Positions 1 through 9,783 of a stretch of DNA of 64,000 nucleotides are shown piece after piece. The stretch spans positions 288,001 through 352,000 of the forward strand of contig JAVJQW010000012.1 in NCBI GenBank assembly GCA_040218735.1, in the 5' to 3' direction. Positions within the stretch are counted from its first letter, which is position 1. Each line of letters starts with the position of its first letter. The notes beneath the pieces were generated by a model. That model did not search any database and was not told where the DNA came from. It was given only the letters and a program-made list of their open reading frames with translations. Source of the DNA: Deltaproteobacteria bacterium. Lineage in GTDB: Bacteria > Myxococcota > Kuafuiibacteriia > Kuafuiibacteriales > Kuafuiibacteriaceae. A program made the position numbers and the translations under genes.

Positions 1-1343
1 CCCGACGACGGCCCGGAGTCGAGCGCGTCCAACAGCGCCGACGCGTGTCCGTTCGGCGGCGGCGCGGCCGGCGGCGTCGAATCCGGCGGCTCGGACGGAG
101 GCTCTTCGCGAGGCAGCTCGGGCGGCGGCGGCGCAGCGCGCGGAGGCGGCGGCGCCGCACGCGGAGGTGGGCTCGGACGCGGCGGCGGGGTCGTCTGCGC
201 TCCTATCGCGCGCGGACGCGTGGACGTGAAGCTCGGCGCGGTCTGCCGCACACGCTGCGCGACGATCGCTTCGACGAGCTCCTCGACCGCCATCTCGTCC
301 ACGAAACCATCGTCCACGGGCGCACGCTCCACCGGCATCGGCGGCACCTGCTCGCCCGAGTCCTGCCCCCACGGCTCGTCGGGCGGCGCGTTGATCGGCG
401 GAGGCTCGCGCAACATCACCGGCGGCGGTGGCGTCGCCCGCGCGCTGCTCTTGAAGAGCGAGGTCATGTGCTCGGCGATGCCGCGCGTGTAATGCGCCTC
501 GTCGTGGTCGAGGAACGACGCGAGCGTCCGCTCGATCTCGAACAAACTCGAAGGCCGCTCCGACGGCATCTTCGCGAGCGTGCTCCCGAGCAGCGTCGCG
601 AGCGCCGACGGGATGTCGGGGACGTCGAGGTGAAGCGGCGGCACCGTCTGCGTCGCGATCGCGCGGCGCATCGCGGCGTCCGTCGGTTTGGAGAACGTGG
701 TGCGTCCGCGGATGGCGTCGTTGAGGACGATGCCCAACCCGTAGATGTCCGTGAGGTGATCGGCCTTGTGGCGATCGAACAGCTCCGGTGCGTGGTACGG
801 CAGTCGCGCGCTGCTCAGCGGGAGCCGCGAACGTGAACGCCCGAGGCCGACGCCGTTCACTTTCACGCCGCCGTCGTAGGTGAGGTACACGTCCGACGGG
901 CAGAGCTGACCGTGATACATGCCCTTCACTTCGCCGTCCGCCCACGGCGTGGCGTGCGCGACCTGCAGAAGCTTCGCGATCTGGACGCCGACCCAAACGA
1001 AGTAGGCCCAAGGCATGCGCGTGGAGTGCGCCGCGGTGCGATCGAGCACCTCCGACAGCGGCTGTCCGTCGACGAGCTCGACGGCGACGGCGACGGCGTC
1101 GTCGATGCGATTCACCTCCAGCACCCGCGCGGCGGCGGGGTGGTCGAAGTGGATCGCGGACGCGGCTTCGGCGTTGAGGATCGTGAGGTAGGCGGGATCG
1201 CGAACCCACTCGACGTCGAGCACCGTCAACGCGACGAGCTCGGCGCCGTTGTCGTCCGATCGCGGATTCGACGCGACGTAGCGCGGACCCGCACGCCCGC
1301 GCGACAGCTCGCGCAGGATCTCGTAACCGCCGATGCGTTCCAC
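1..1343 (-). CDS. Ser/Thr protein kinase-like pseudokinase (runs off the window edge)
   Basis: Manual translation from GTG 1343: VERIGGYEILRELSRG...LVALTVL...MYHGQLCPSDVYLTYDGGVKVNGVGLG...YHAPE...TDIYGLG, then a Pro-rich tail. Hanks-type subdomain order with catalytic motifs substituted. Absent from the ORF track because no stop lies in the window. Confidence 0.85.
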   Translation of the reverse strand, partial: MERIGGYEILRELSRGRAGPRYVASNPRSDDNGAELVALTVLDVEWVRDPAYLTILNAEAASAIHFDHPAAARVLEVNRIDDAVAVAVELVDGQPLSEVLDRTAAHSTRMPWAYFVWVGVQIAKLLQVAHATPWADGEVKGMYHGQLCPSDVYLTYDGGVKVNGVGLGRSRSRLPLSSARLPYHAPELFDRHKADHLTDIYGLGIVLNDAIRGRTTFSKPTDAAMRRAIATQTVPPLHLDVPDIPSALATLLGSTLAKMPSERPSSLFEIERTLASFLDHDEAHYTRGIAEHMTSLFKSSARATPPPPVMLREPPPINAPPDEPWGQDSGEQVPPMPVERAPVDDGFVDEMAVEELVEAIVAQRVRQTAPSFTSTRPRAIGAQTTPPPRPSPPPRAAPPPPRAAPPPPELPREEPPSEPPDSTPPAAPPPNGHASALLDALDSGPSS

Positions 1344-1421
1344 CTTCCCCCTCTTTGCGTGCGGCCCCCCGACCACGCCCGGATCACACCGCGAGGCCCG
1401 GGTGAGATGCAAGCCGATCGG

Positions 1422-2135
1422 TCACTCCGTGCGCACGGCAGGTGTCCACCGGGACAGGTCGCGTGCCGCGGCCTCGGGATCTGCGGCGCCGGCGTCGACC
1501 CACTGTGAGCCCCCCTCGTCCCTGGTGCGCTCGAGCTCGTCCGGCGCGAGGGGCACGACCTTGTACAGGAGGACCCGTAGATCGGGGGCGACGTCCACCT
1601 CACCGCCGGGGCGCAGGTCGAAGTGTTGGAGCCCGTGCAGGGGTTTGCGCAGGCTAATCGTGTCGTAGGACTTCCACGTCGCGCCGGGACCGCCGTGTAG
1701 GAGGCCGCCGATCTTGGTCAGGACCTCGCCGATCTGGGGGCCGACCTCCCGCGACTCGGCGATCAGCTCCACGTGGCGGTGTTCGTCGCCCAGCTCGGGG
1801 TCGAGGCGCGGCGAGCGACCGAGACCGACGGTGTAGATGACGTAAGCGCCACCCGCCTGCCCGATGCGCTTCACGACGGCGACGCTGTGCTCGGGTGCGA
1901 CCGTCGAGCTGGCGGCGGTCAGCGATCTTCGCCCCGAGAAGTACTGCGACATCCCCCGCAGAAAGCCCGGTTTGTAGGCGGCGGTGGCCATCGCGGGCGG
2001 AGGGGGCGGCGGTGGAGGCGGCGGCGGCGGCACCTCGGGCATCGGCGCCATCGGCGGCGGAGGCGGCGGCGCCGTCTTGGCCTGCGTGGCGCACGCGCCG
2101 ACCAGCAGCGCCAGGACGAACAGCGAAGCCCGCAT
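1422..2135 (-). CDS. Lipoprotein with poly-Pro linker and possible SUFU-like C-terminal domain
   Basis: MRASLFVLALLVGAC lipobox and poly-Pro, then YTVGL...HVELI...YDTI...VVPLAPDELE, which resembles bacterial suppressor-of-fused domains. Confidence 0.65.
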   Translation of the reverse strand: MRASLFVLALLVGACATQAKTAPPPPPPMAPMPEVPPPPPPPPPPPPAMATAAYKPGFLRGMSQYFSGRRSLTAASSTVAPEHSVAVVKRIGQAGGAYVIYTVGLGRSPRLDPELGDEHRHVELIAESREVGPQIGEVLTKIGGLLHGGPGATWKSYDTISLRKPLHGLQHFDLRPGGEVDVAPDLRVLLYKVVPLAPDELERTRDEGGSQWVDAGAADPEAAARDLSRWTPAVRTE

Positions 2136-2140
2136 CGACC

Positions 2141-2476
2141 CTACGGGATGAGGCAAACGACGGTTGTCGCGGCGAGCGCCGTGACGAGGGTGCCCTGAAG
2201 CACGCGGCGAGCATCTCGACGACTGAGGTCGAGTTCGTCGGAGCGCCGGATCGGCTCCTCCATGCCGCAACTCGACTCCCGCATCCCCTTGCTGACGAGC
2301 CCCGGGCAGGTCCTGAAGAGGCCCTGCCAAGCGCCGAACGCGGCCATCGCGAACGGCACGAACAACGACAGCCGCCACCAGCGCGCGACGTCGGCCTGCA
2401 CGAGCGCCACCGACAGCACCAGCGCCACCACCAGCATGAGGCCGCCCCAGCGGAGCCGAGCGTTCTGCCCGGACAT
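2141..2476 (-). CDS. Small membrane protein (about 3 TM), start uncertain
   Basis: Hydrophobic segments LMLVVALVLSVALV, LSLFVPFAMAAFG and TLVTALAATTVVCLIP; co-oriented and ends just before the lipoprotein start. Confidence 0.6.
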   Translation of the reverse strand: MSGQNARLRWGGLMLVVALVLSVALVQADVARWWRLSLFVPFAMAAFGAWQGLFRTCPGLVSKGMRESSCGMEEPIRRSDELDLSRRDARRVLQGTLVTALAATTVVCLIP

Positions 2477-2644
2477 CTGCAGGTTGCCGTTCTGGCTCGG
2501 TGCGCAGCGATGCATCGCCACCAGGCTACGCCCCGAGACGGGGAGCGACAAGCCGGATCCGACGCATCTGGACTACTTCGTAACGGTCGCGCGTTGCGTG
2601 TTTCGGGGGTACGGTCGATGAGGTCGCCGAGGACATCGACCGGC

Positions 2645-5395
2645 ATGGGAGCGCTCACGCGATTCATCGACCTGCGCGCCGGCGAAGCCGCGCTGCTGGT
2701 GAAGAGCGCCCTGACGCTCTTTGGGCTGATCGCCGCGCACACGATGCTCGAGACCGCGCGGGACGCCCTGTTCCTACAGCGGCTCCCCGCCGACCGCCTG
2801 CCGTTCGTCTACGTCCTCCTCGCCGGCCTGGCGCTGATCGTGTCCCGCGCGAACACCCGCTTCGTGCGTCGCTTCGGGCGCCGCAACGCGCTGATCTTCA
2901 CGCTGTTCGCGGCGGCCTACGGCACGACGGTCCTATTCCTCCTCCCGCGCACGGACGCCGTCGTGTTCGGCCTGTACGCGTGGAGCGGGCTGCTGGGTTC
3001 GGTGCTCGTCGTGCAGTTCTGGATGTACGCCGGACAGACGTTCACCGTCGCGCAGGGCAAGCGCCTCTTCGGCCCCATCACCGCGGGCGGGGTCCTCGGC
3101 GCCGTCGCGGGGGCGTCGTTCTCCGTCGCCGCGCTGCAGTTCACCGACGTCCATCACCTGCTCGTCGTGGGCTCCGTCGTGTTGGTCGCGACGGCGATGC
3201 TCCTCACGACCGCGCCGCTCGACGAGGTGAAGGAAGCGCCGGGCGCTACCAAGGCGAACGAATCGCGGCGCTCGTTCTTCCGGCTCTTCTCCGAGCAACC
3301 CTACTTGCTCCGACTCTCTGGGCTCATCGCGCTGTCGACCGCGGCGCTGCTGATCACGGACTACCTGTTCAAGTCGGTCGCGCGCGCGAACCACAGCCCC
3401 GACGAGCTCGGGACGTTCTTCGCCGGCTACTACGCCGTCCTCAACGTGGCGGCGCTCCTCGTGCAGCTGTTCGTCGGGGGCAAGGTCGTGCGACGCGCGG
3501 GGGTCATCGCGGCGTTCTCCGTGCTGCCGATGTTGCTCCTCGCGGGGAGCATCGGGACGGTCATCGCCGGCGGCGCGATGCTCGCGGTGCTCCTCACCAA
3601 GGGCGCCGAGGGGAGCCTCAAACATTCGCTGCACCGCATCGCGAGTGAGCTGCTGTGGATGCCGCTCCCGGATCACGTCCGGACGGAGAGCAAGGTCATC
3701 GTCGACACGGTGTTCGTCCGCGGCGCGCAGGCGCTCACGGCGACCGGCCTGCTGGGGCTCGCGATGTTCGAGCTCGACCGCCCGCAAGTGCTCGGCGCGA
3801 TCCTCACCGCGATGTGCCTGCTGTGGCTCGCGATGTCGATGCGCCTTCGCCACTGGTACCTCGGGCTGTTCCGACGCGCGCTCCACCGCGTCACGCCGGA
3901 GCAGCGCACCGCGCCGATCGAGCTCGACATCCGCTCGGTGGAGGTCGTCGTCGAAGCGCTGTCGAGCCGCGAGCCCGAGCGGTCGATCTCCGCGATCGAG
4001 CTGCTCGTCTCGAACCACCGCACGCGGCTGATCCCGGCGCTCATCCTCTATCACGAGTCACCGGAGGTGCTGGTCCGCGCCCTCCCCGCGGTCTCGACGG
4101 AGACTCGCCAGGACTGGATCCCCCTCGCGGAGCGCCTCCTCGAACACGAAGTCGAAGAGGTGCGCATCGCCGCGCTCCGCGCGCTCGCCGGAGCGGGTGT
4201 CGCCTCGGCGATCGAACGACGCCTGCTCGACCTGCGCCCCCGCGTCCGCGCGCACGCCGCCTTCTGGCTCGCGCACCTCGACGACGCACCGCCGCAGGAC
4301 GAAGCCGGCGTGCAGCAGATCCTCGCGATGGCCAACGACGAACACGGCCGTGATGCGAAGGTCGGCCTCCTCGAAGCGATCGAGTCCGCGGGCGACACAC
4401 GTTGGTCCGACGTGTTGATGGTGATGTGTGAGGAAGAGACGGACGCCTTCGTCGAGCCGCTCGTCCTCGCGATCTCACGCGTTCAGGATCCGCGGTTCAT
4501 CCCGCGGCTGATCGACCGGCTGCGCTACCGCGCCAACCGCGGCGTGGTGCGCGAGGCGATCGTATCGATGGGCGACGAGGCGCTCGACGCGTTGGTGGAG
4601 CGCCTCCGCGACGACGGGACGGACATCCGAATCCTCCGCCACATCCCGCGGACGATCTCCCGCTTCGGCACGCAGCGCGCCGCGGACATCCTGACCGGGC
4701 TCCTCGTGGACGAGACCCCGGGGCGCATTCGTTACAAGGTGCTGCGCGGGCTGGGCCGGCTGGTGTCGGAGCAGCCGGTGCGCGTCGACCGCCTGCACAT
4801 CGAGCGGCGCATCGAGATCAACCTGATCGAGGCGCTGCGCCTGACCGCGATGTCGTTGCCGTTGCATCAACCGCTCGCCGACCAAGCGCAACACGCGCGC
4901 GCCGGTCGCGAGATGCTCGTGGAGCTGCTGGAGGACAAGGCGGAGCAGGCGATGGAACGGGCGTTCCGGCTCCTACAGATCGCGCACCGCACGGAGGACA
5001 TCCACAGCGTGTCCTTCGCGGTGAGCTCTACGGAGAAGCGTGTCCGCGCGCAGGCGCTCGAGTACCTCGACGCGCTGACGCTGGACGCCGCCGTCCCCGC
5101 GATCCGCGACTTGCTGCGGATCGTCGTCGACGATCTGTCGCCCGCCGAGCGAGTGCTGCGCGCGGCGGCGTTCCTGCCCGCACCGCCACGCGACGCGGAG
5201 GCGGCGCTGTCGATCCTGCTGCACGAGAACGACTCCGCGCTCGCCAACCTCGCCGGGTACCACGCGCTGCAGCTCGGCCTGAAGACGCTGCGGCAGTCGG
5301 TGATCACCGCGACGGAGGAGCGCCCGGTGCTGGCGTCGCTGCGGACACTGATCGACCTCACCGCCGACCTGTCGGGGGCGCCGACGCATGCTTGA
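2645..5395 (+). CDS. Npt1/TLC-like (ATP/ADP translocase family) MFS transporter fused to HEAT repeats
   Basis: MGALTRFIDLRAGE; ETARDALFL; QFW...FTVAQGKRLFG; ELLWMPLP...KVIVD; C-terminal helical repeats (EEVRIAALRAL, PRVRAHAA). Confidence 0.85.
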   Translation: MGALTRFIDLRAGEAALLVKSALTLFGLIAAHTMLETARDALFLQRLPADRLPFVYVLLAGLALIVSRANTRFVRRFGRRNALIFTLFAAAYGTTVLFLLPRTDAVVFGLYAWSGLLGSVLVVQFWMYAGQTFTVAQGKRLFGPITAGGVLGAVAGASFSVAALQFTDVHHLLVVGSVVLVATAMLLTTAPLDEVKEAPGATKANESRRSFFRLFSEQPYLLRLSGLIALSTAALLITDYLFKSVARANHSPDELGTFFAGYYAVLNVAALLVQLFVGGKVVRRAGVIAAFSVLPMLLLAGSIGTVIAGGAMLAVLLTKGAEGSLKHSLHRIASELLWMPLPDHVRTESKVIVDTVFVRGAQALTATGLLGLAMFELDRPQVLGAILTAMCLLWLAMSMRLRHWYLGLFRRALHRVTPEQRTAPIELDIRSVEVVVEALSSREPERSISAIELLVSNHRTRLIPALILYHESPEVLVRALPAVSTETRQDWIPLAERLLEHEVEEVRIAALRALAGAGVASAIERRLLDLRPRVRAHAAFWLAHLDDAPPQDEAGVQQILAMANDEHGRDAKVGLLEAIESAGDTRWSDVLMVMCEEETDAFVEPLVLAISRVQDPRFIPRLIDRLRYRANRGVVREAIVSMGDEALDALVERLRDDGTDIRILRHIPRTISRFGTQRAADILTGLLVDETPGRIRYKVLRGLGRLVSEQPVRVDRLHIERRIEINLIEALRLTAMSLPLHQPLADQAQHARAGREMLVELLEDKAEQAMERAFRLLQIAHRTEDIHSVSFAVSSTEKRVRAQALEYLDALTLDAAVPAIRDLLRIVVDDLSPAERVLRAAAFLPAPPRDAEAALSILLHENDSALANLAGYHALQLGLKTLRQSVITATEERPVLASLRTLIDLTADLSGAPTHA

Positions 5396-6323
5396 GGTCG
5401 CCCACCGCATCGAGCTCGAGCTGCTGATGCGCACGTTCCTCGGGATGGAGCCGCCGGACCGGGTGATGCGCCAGCTCGCGAGCGTCGTGCGCGACTTCGA
5501 CGCGCCGCCCGGGACGGTGCTCTACGAACGCGGCGACCCGCCGGGGGAGCTGTTCATGATCGCGGACGGCACCGTCGCGCTGATCGGAGAAGACGGGTCG
5601 CGGTGGGTCTTCGAGGGGCAGTCCCTCGTCGGTGTCCTCGACTCGACGCTGGACCGGCCCATGACTCGACGCGCCGTCGTCGAGACCCGCGCGCACGGCG
5701 CGCGGCTGATGTTGGCCGACTACCTCGACGTGTTGGACGACAACTTCGACTTCGCGAAGACCGCAATGGAGCGCGGCTGTCGAATGGTGCACGAGAACGC
5801 GCTGGCGCTCGCGCCGGACCACGTGTTCCCGCCCCCCTCCGAAGACCCGATCCTCGACGAACGCGGCGGCGACCCGCGACCGCTGGAGATGGTGGAGCGG
5901 CTGATGGTGCTCCACCGATCGTCGCTGTTCGACGCGGCGCCGCTGCAGCCCCTCGCGAGCCTCGCGGCGCTCGCGGAGGAGGAGCGGTGGGAGGCGGGTG
6001 ACGTGATCGAGCGTCAAGGTGAGACGTCGATGTACCTGCGGTGTGTCGCGTCGGGATCCGTGTGCGCCGAGCGGGACGACCCGCGGGTCGTCGCCGACTT
6101 CGGTCCGAGCGACGTGGTCGCGGGCATCGCGGCGCTCGGCCTCACCGAGGCGGGTTACACGATCCGGGCGACGCGCCCGACGCGGACGTTGAAGTTGCTG
6201 AAGGAGGACCTCTTCGACGTCGCGGAGGATCACTTCGGGCTGATGGGGACGTTCTTTCGGTGCAACGGCCTGGAGAACGAGCGCATCCGCAACCTCGGCT
6301 CGGCGCTCGACCGCGTGGATTGA
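5388..6323 (+). CDS. Tandem cyclic nucleotide-binding (cNMP) domain protein
   Basis: Two CAP-like repeats: PGTVLYERGDPPGELFMIADGTV and AGDVIERQGETSMYLRCVASGSV; overlaps the transporter stop by 8 bp. Confidence 0.8.
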   Translation: MLEVAHRIELELLMRTFLGMEPPDRVMRQLASVVRDFDAPPGTVLYERGDPPGELFMIADGTVALIGEDGSRWVFEGQSLVGVLDSTLDRPMTRRAVVETRAHGARLMLADYLDVLDDNFDFAKTAMERGCRMVHENALALAPDHVFPPPSEDPILDERGGDPRPLEMVERLMVLHRSSLFDAAPLQPLASLAALAEEERWEAGDVIERQGETSMYLRCVASGSVCAERDDPRVVADFGPSDVVAGIAALGLTEAGYTIRATRPTRTLKLLKEDLFDVAEDHFGLMGTFFRCNGLENERIRNLGSALDRVD

Positions 6324-6344
6324 ATCCGCCCCGGGGGGACGTGC

Positions 6345-7319
6345 ATGCTGATGGGCATGGACCTCGACCGGATGCTCCACAAGTGCCGGCGGGACCAGTG
6401 GGCGCTGGACGCGATCGATCTGTCGAAGCCGCCGCGCCCGATGTCGAAGGACGACGAGATCGCGATCGTCCAGTACTTCACGGACATGGCGGGCATCGAG
6501 ATGCTCGCGAGCGCGCTGTTCGTGGAGCAGAAGAAGCGCGCGACGGATCCGCGGCTGATCGAGATCTTCGAGAGCTTCGTGCGCGACGAGGTCCGCCACG
6601 CCCAGGCGGCGAAGACCCTCGCGCGCCACTACGATGTGCACGGGTACCAGACGTACGCGCCGAACCCGCACCTCGAGAAGTTCGCGCCGGCCTTCGTCGA
6701 GGCGATCCGTCACCTGACGCCCGCGATCGCCAACGTCTACATCACCACGGGGGAGATCCTGCTCGACGTCGCGCTCCTCCGGTCGCTCGACGACTTCGTC
6801 CAGGACCACGCGTGCAGCACGGCGATGAAGCTCATCAACCGCGACGAGTCGCGCCACATCGCGGTCGACTTCCACATGGTCGAGCACTACAGCTCGGACG
6901 CGTACATCGCGTTCGAGAAGACGCAGCCGCGGCGCTCCCTTCCGGAGGCGGTGCGCGCGTACAGCTCGCTCGCGAAGATGCTCCGCCACGCCCGCCCGTT
7001 CTTCAAGGCGGTGTTCTTCGAACCGATGGACCTCCTGGATCCGTCGAACAAACGCCTCCTCGAAGCCTTCAAACGCGTGCAGCTCCTCTCCACGAAACCC
7101 GACGTCGCGCGCCGCCCATTCGTGAAGTTCATGCTCACGATGCAGACCCTCTTCCGCCACCCCCTCCTGGGCGCGCTCTTCGGCCGCTGGCTGATCGCGA
7201 TCATCGGGACCGACCCACGCGTGATCGTGAAGCTCTACACCGACGAGGAAGCGGCGCACGCGCAGCGCATGTCGTTCGACGAGATGGCGGAGGAGACGCT
7301 GGGGCTGAAGTACGCGTGA
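6345..7319 (+). CDS. Ferritin-like di-iron protein (acyl-ACP desaturase/AurF-like)
   Basis: Paired E...DExRH motifs: GIE...DEVRH and TGE...DESRH. Confidence 0.8.
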   Translation: MLMGMDLDRMLHKCRRDQWALDAIDLSKPPRPMSKDDEIAIVQYFTDMAGIEMLASALFVEQKKRATDPRLIEIFESFVRDEVRHAQAAKTLARHYDVHGYQTYAPNPHLEKFAPAFVEAIRHLTPAIANVYITTGEILLDVALLRSLDDFVQDHACSTAMKLINRDESRHIAVDFHMVEHYSSDAYIAFEKTQPRRSLPEAVRAYSSLAKMLRHARPFFKAVFFEPMDLLDPSNKRLLEAFKRVQLLSTKPDVARRPFVKFMLTMQTLFRHPLLGALFGRWLIAIIGTDPRVIVKLYTDEEAAHAQRMSFDEMAEETLGLKYA

Positions 7320-7322
7320 CCG

Positions 7323-8426
7323 TCACTTCTTCCGGCGAAACGGGTTCGTGAAGCGCGACTTCTTCCGCGGTGGGGGCTCGGGCTCCTCGGGCGCCGGCTT
7401 CGTGGCGATCGCGTCGATCTGATCCTCGATCGCGTCGAGCGCCTTCTCCCACGCGGGGCGCGCGGGCGTGGCGGCGACCTCGGTGGTCTTCTTCGCCGGA
7501 GCGCGCGTCGTCATAGGGGACACCGGCACCACGCGCGGCGCGTCGTCGGGGCGTGAGAAGGCGAGGCGCGCCTCCTTCAGGCCGTCGGACATCTCCGCCG
7601 CGTCGGCGTAGCGGGAGTCGATCGTCGGGTTCAGCGCGCGCGACACGACGGAGCCGAGGATCGGCGGGAGGTCCGGGCGCAGCGTCGACAGCGTCGGCGG
7701 CCCGACCTGCAACATCTCCGTCGCGAGCGCCGTGTAGTTCTTCGACTGGAACGGCAGCCGGCCCGTGAGCCCGAGGAACAGCACGACGCCGACGGCCCAC
7801 AGATCGGCGCGCCCGTCGATGTCCTCGCCGTACATCTGCTCCGGGCTCATGTAGTACGGCGTCCCGACCACCGTGCCCGCCTGCGTGAGGCGACGTTGGT
7901 CGCGACGCTCCGTCACCCGCGCGACGCCGAAGTCGAGGAGCTTCGCGTGCTGGCCGCCGTCGCGCTCGCGTACGATGTAGATGTTCGCCGGTTTGACGTC
8001 GCGGTGGATGATCCCGCGACCGTGCGCGGCCTCGAGCCCGGAGAGGACGTCGATCAACACGTCGAGGAGCCGGCGCGGCGTGATGCGGCTGTCCTCGATC
8101 AGACACGCGAGGTCTTCGCCGTCGAGGAACTCGAAGACGACGTACAGCGTCCCGTCGACGTCCGCCCCCGCGTCGAGGACGTTCGCGATGCAGCGGTGCT
8201 GGAGCGCGCCCGCCGCCTTGGCCTCGCGGAGGAATCGCTCGCGCACGGCCGGGTTCTTCGCGAAGTGCGCGTGCAGGAGCTTCAGGGCGACGCGTCGATC
8301 CGTGTACGCGTGGTGCGCCTCGTAGACCGCGCCCATGCCGCCCTCACCGAGGAGGCGGAGGAGCTCGTACTTGCTGGCGACCGTCGCGCCGACGCGGTCT
8401 TCCGCCTTGGGTTCGTCGTTCGACAT
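7323..8426 (-). CDS. Serine/threonine protein kinase
   Basis: GEGGMGAVY, VALK, HRDVKPAN, DFG and GTPYYMSPE are all intact. Confidence 0.95.
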   Translation of the reverse strand: MSNDEPKAEDRVGATVASKYELLRLLGEGGMGAVYEAHHAYTDRRVALKLLHAHFAKNPAVRERFLREAKAAGALQHRCIANVLDAGADVDGTLYVVFEFLDGEDLACLIEDSRITPRRLLDVLIDVLSGLEAAHGRGIIHRDVKPANIYIVRERDGGQHAKLLDFGVARVTERRDQRRLTQAGTVVGTPYYMSPEQMYGEDIDGRADLWAVGVVLFLGLTGRLPFQSKNYTALATEMLQVGPPTLSTLRPDLPPILGSVVSRALNPTIDSRYADAAEMSDGLKEARLAFSRPDDAPRVVPVSPMTTRAPAKKTTEVAATPARPAWEKALDAIEDQIDAIATKPAPEEPEPPPRKKSRFTNPFRRKK

Positions 8427-8442
8427 GCGCGCGACGCCGATC

Positions 8443-9783
8443 CTACCCCAGGTCGTCGAGCATCTGCGCCGTGACCGCCGCGAGGTCCTCGGGGACGGGG
8501 GGCACCGCGTACGGACACTTCGGGTCGTGCGCGTACTCGCCGAGGTCGATGCGTTTGCCCGCCTCCAGGTGCCCCGTCTTCTTCGCGACGATGCGCACCA
8601 CCGGGTGCAACGCCAGCTCGGGGTGCGGTTCGAGCACCGCGCCGAACTCCCCGGTGCTGAGCCAGACCCCGTCCCCCGCCTGACACGCCCCCGCGAACCG
8701 CGCGAAGCGCTCCAGCAAGTACGGGTTGAAGCGCGAGCCGATCCGCCCGACGAGGTAGCCGATGACCGCCTTCATCCCGTCGGCGTCGTCGAAGGGCCAA
8801 AGCGTTCGGATGCCGTCGAACGCGTCCGCGATCCGCGTCAACTCGATCGCGAGGAGGCCGGGTTCGTTCTTGGACGGCACGCGGTGGTGCCCCTCCGCGA
8901 CGATCGCCGCGAGCGGATCGTCGCCGCTGGTGTCGAACAACAGGCGCGCCCCCTCCACCGTGTGGCGGTCGAGCAGCGCGCGCTCCTTGTCACTCAGCTC
9001 GTGGTCGCGCGCGAGGATGCCCTCCGCGACGCGAGTCTTTCCGATGTCGTGCATCAGCGCAGCGGTGAGCAGCCGCTCCACTTGCACTTCGGGCAACCCG
9101 AGCGCGCCGGCCTGCGCACCGACGAGCGTGGCGACGTTCACCGAGTGGACCAACGCGAAGTCGTCGCGATCGCGGAGCGCGAGGAGTGTGGCGATCGGTG
9201 CGTCGGCGTCGAGGATGACCTCCTTCAACGCACGGGCGAGCTCACCGACCGCGCCCATGTTCACTTCGCCGCGTTCGTTCGCGCGACGGAACTCGCGATC
9301 GAGGACACGCTTGCCGCGCCAGTAGACGTCGCGAAACGACTCCACCCCCGAGCCGCGCATCAACGCGAGGTGTTTGATGCGGACGTTCTCGACCCCGCGC
9401 TCGCGCAGCCAGGTGTCGGCCTTCATCGCCGCGACGTCCGCGGCGTCGGCGCCGAGGTACGCGAACAACGCGTCGAGCTCCGACTCGTGACAGCCACGCT
9501 TGATGGAGACGATCTCCACGTCGCGTTGCTGGAGCTGCGACACCAAACGCAGCACCGAGGTCGGCGGCTCGCCGATCGGCACGCCCATCACCGCGAGTCC
9601 ATCGCCGAGCAACGCGACGGTGATCTCGTCCTGCGGGATCTGGAGGAACAGCTTCTCGATCGCTTCGTGCAGTCCGGACAGCGTGCGCTCCCACGCCGGC
9701 CCGTTCATGCCGTAGAGGCGACGGCTGTGGTTCGTCCCCGCGAGGCGGATCGCGAACTCGTGGGCGACGTGCGCGCGGATCAT
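8443..9783 (-). CDS. HD-GYP-like phosphohydrolase lacking the GYP motif
   Basis: HSVNVA, LMHDIGK, HTVEGA, GHHR, IADAFD, RFNP; the usual HHExxDGxGYP is replaced by HHRVPSKNEP. Confidence 0.85.
   Translation of the reverse strand: MIRAHVAHEFAIRLAGTNHSRRLYGMNGPAWERTLSGLHEAIEKLFLQIPQDEITVALLGDGLAVMGVPIGEPPTSVLRLVSQLQQRDVEIVSIKRGCHESELDALFAYLGADAADVAAMKADTWLRERGVENVRIKHLALMRGSGVESFRDVYWRGKRVLDREFRRANERGEVNMGAVGELARALKEVILDADAPIATLLALRDRDDFALVHSVNVATLVGAQAGALGLPEVQVERLLTAALMHDIGKTRVAEGILARDHELSDKERALLDRHTVEGARLLFDTSGDDPLAAIVAEGHHRVPSKNEPGLLAIELTRIADAFDGIRTLWPFDDADGMKAVIGYLVGRIGSRFNPYLLERFARFAGACQAGDGVWLSTGEFGAVLEPHPELALHPVVRIVAKKTGHLEAGKRIDLGEYAHDPKCPYAVPPVPEDLAAVTAQMLDDLG

Noticed and set aside
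45-1508. Arg-rich plus-strand ORFs 45..836 and 912..1508
   Set aside because: Antisense shadows of the minus-strand pseudokinase, typical of high-GC DNA.
1895-2644. 5' extension of the transporter ORF (similar extensions on uvrA, the ABC1 kinase, the cytochrome and the hydrolase)
   Set aside because: Extensions overlap neighbouring real genes; family similarity starts at later codons.
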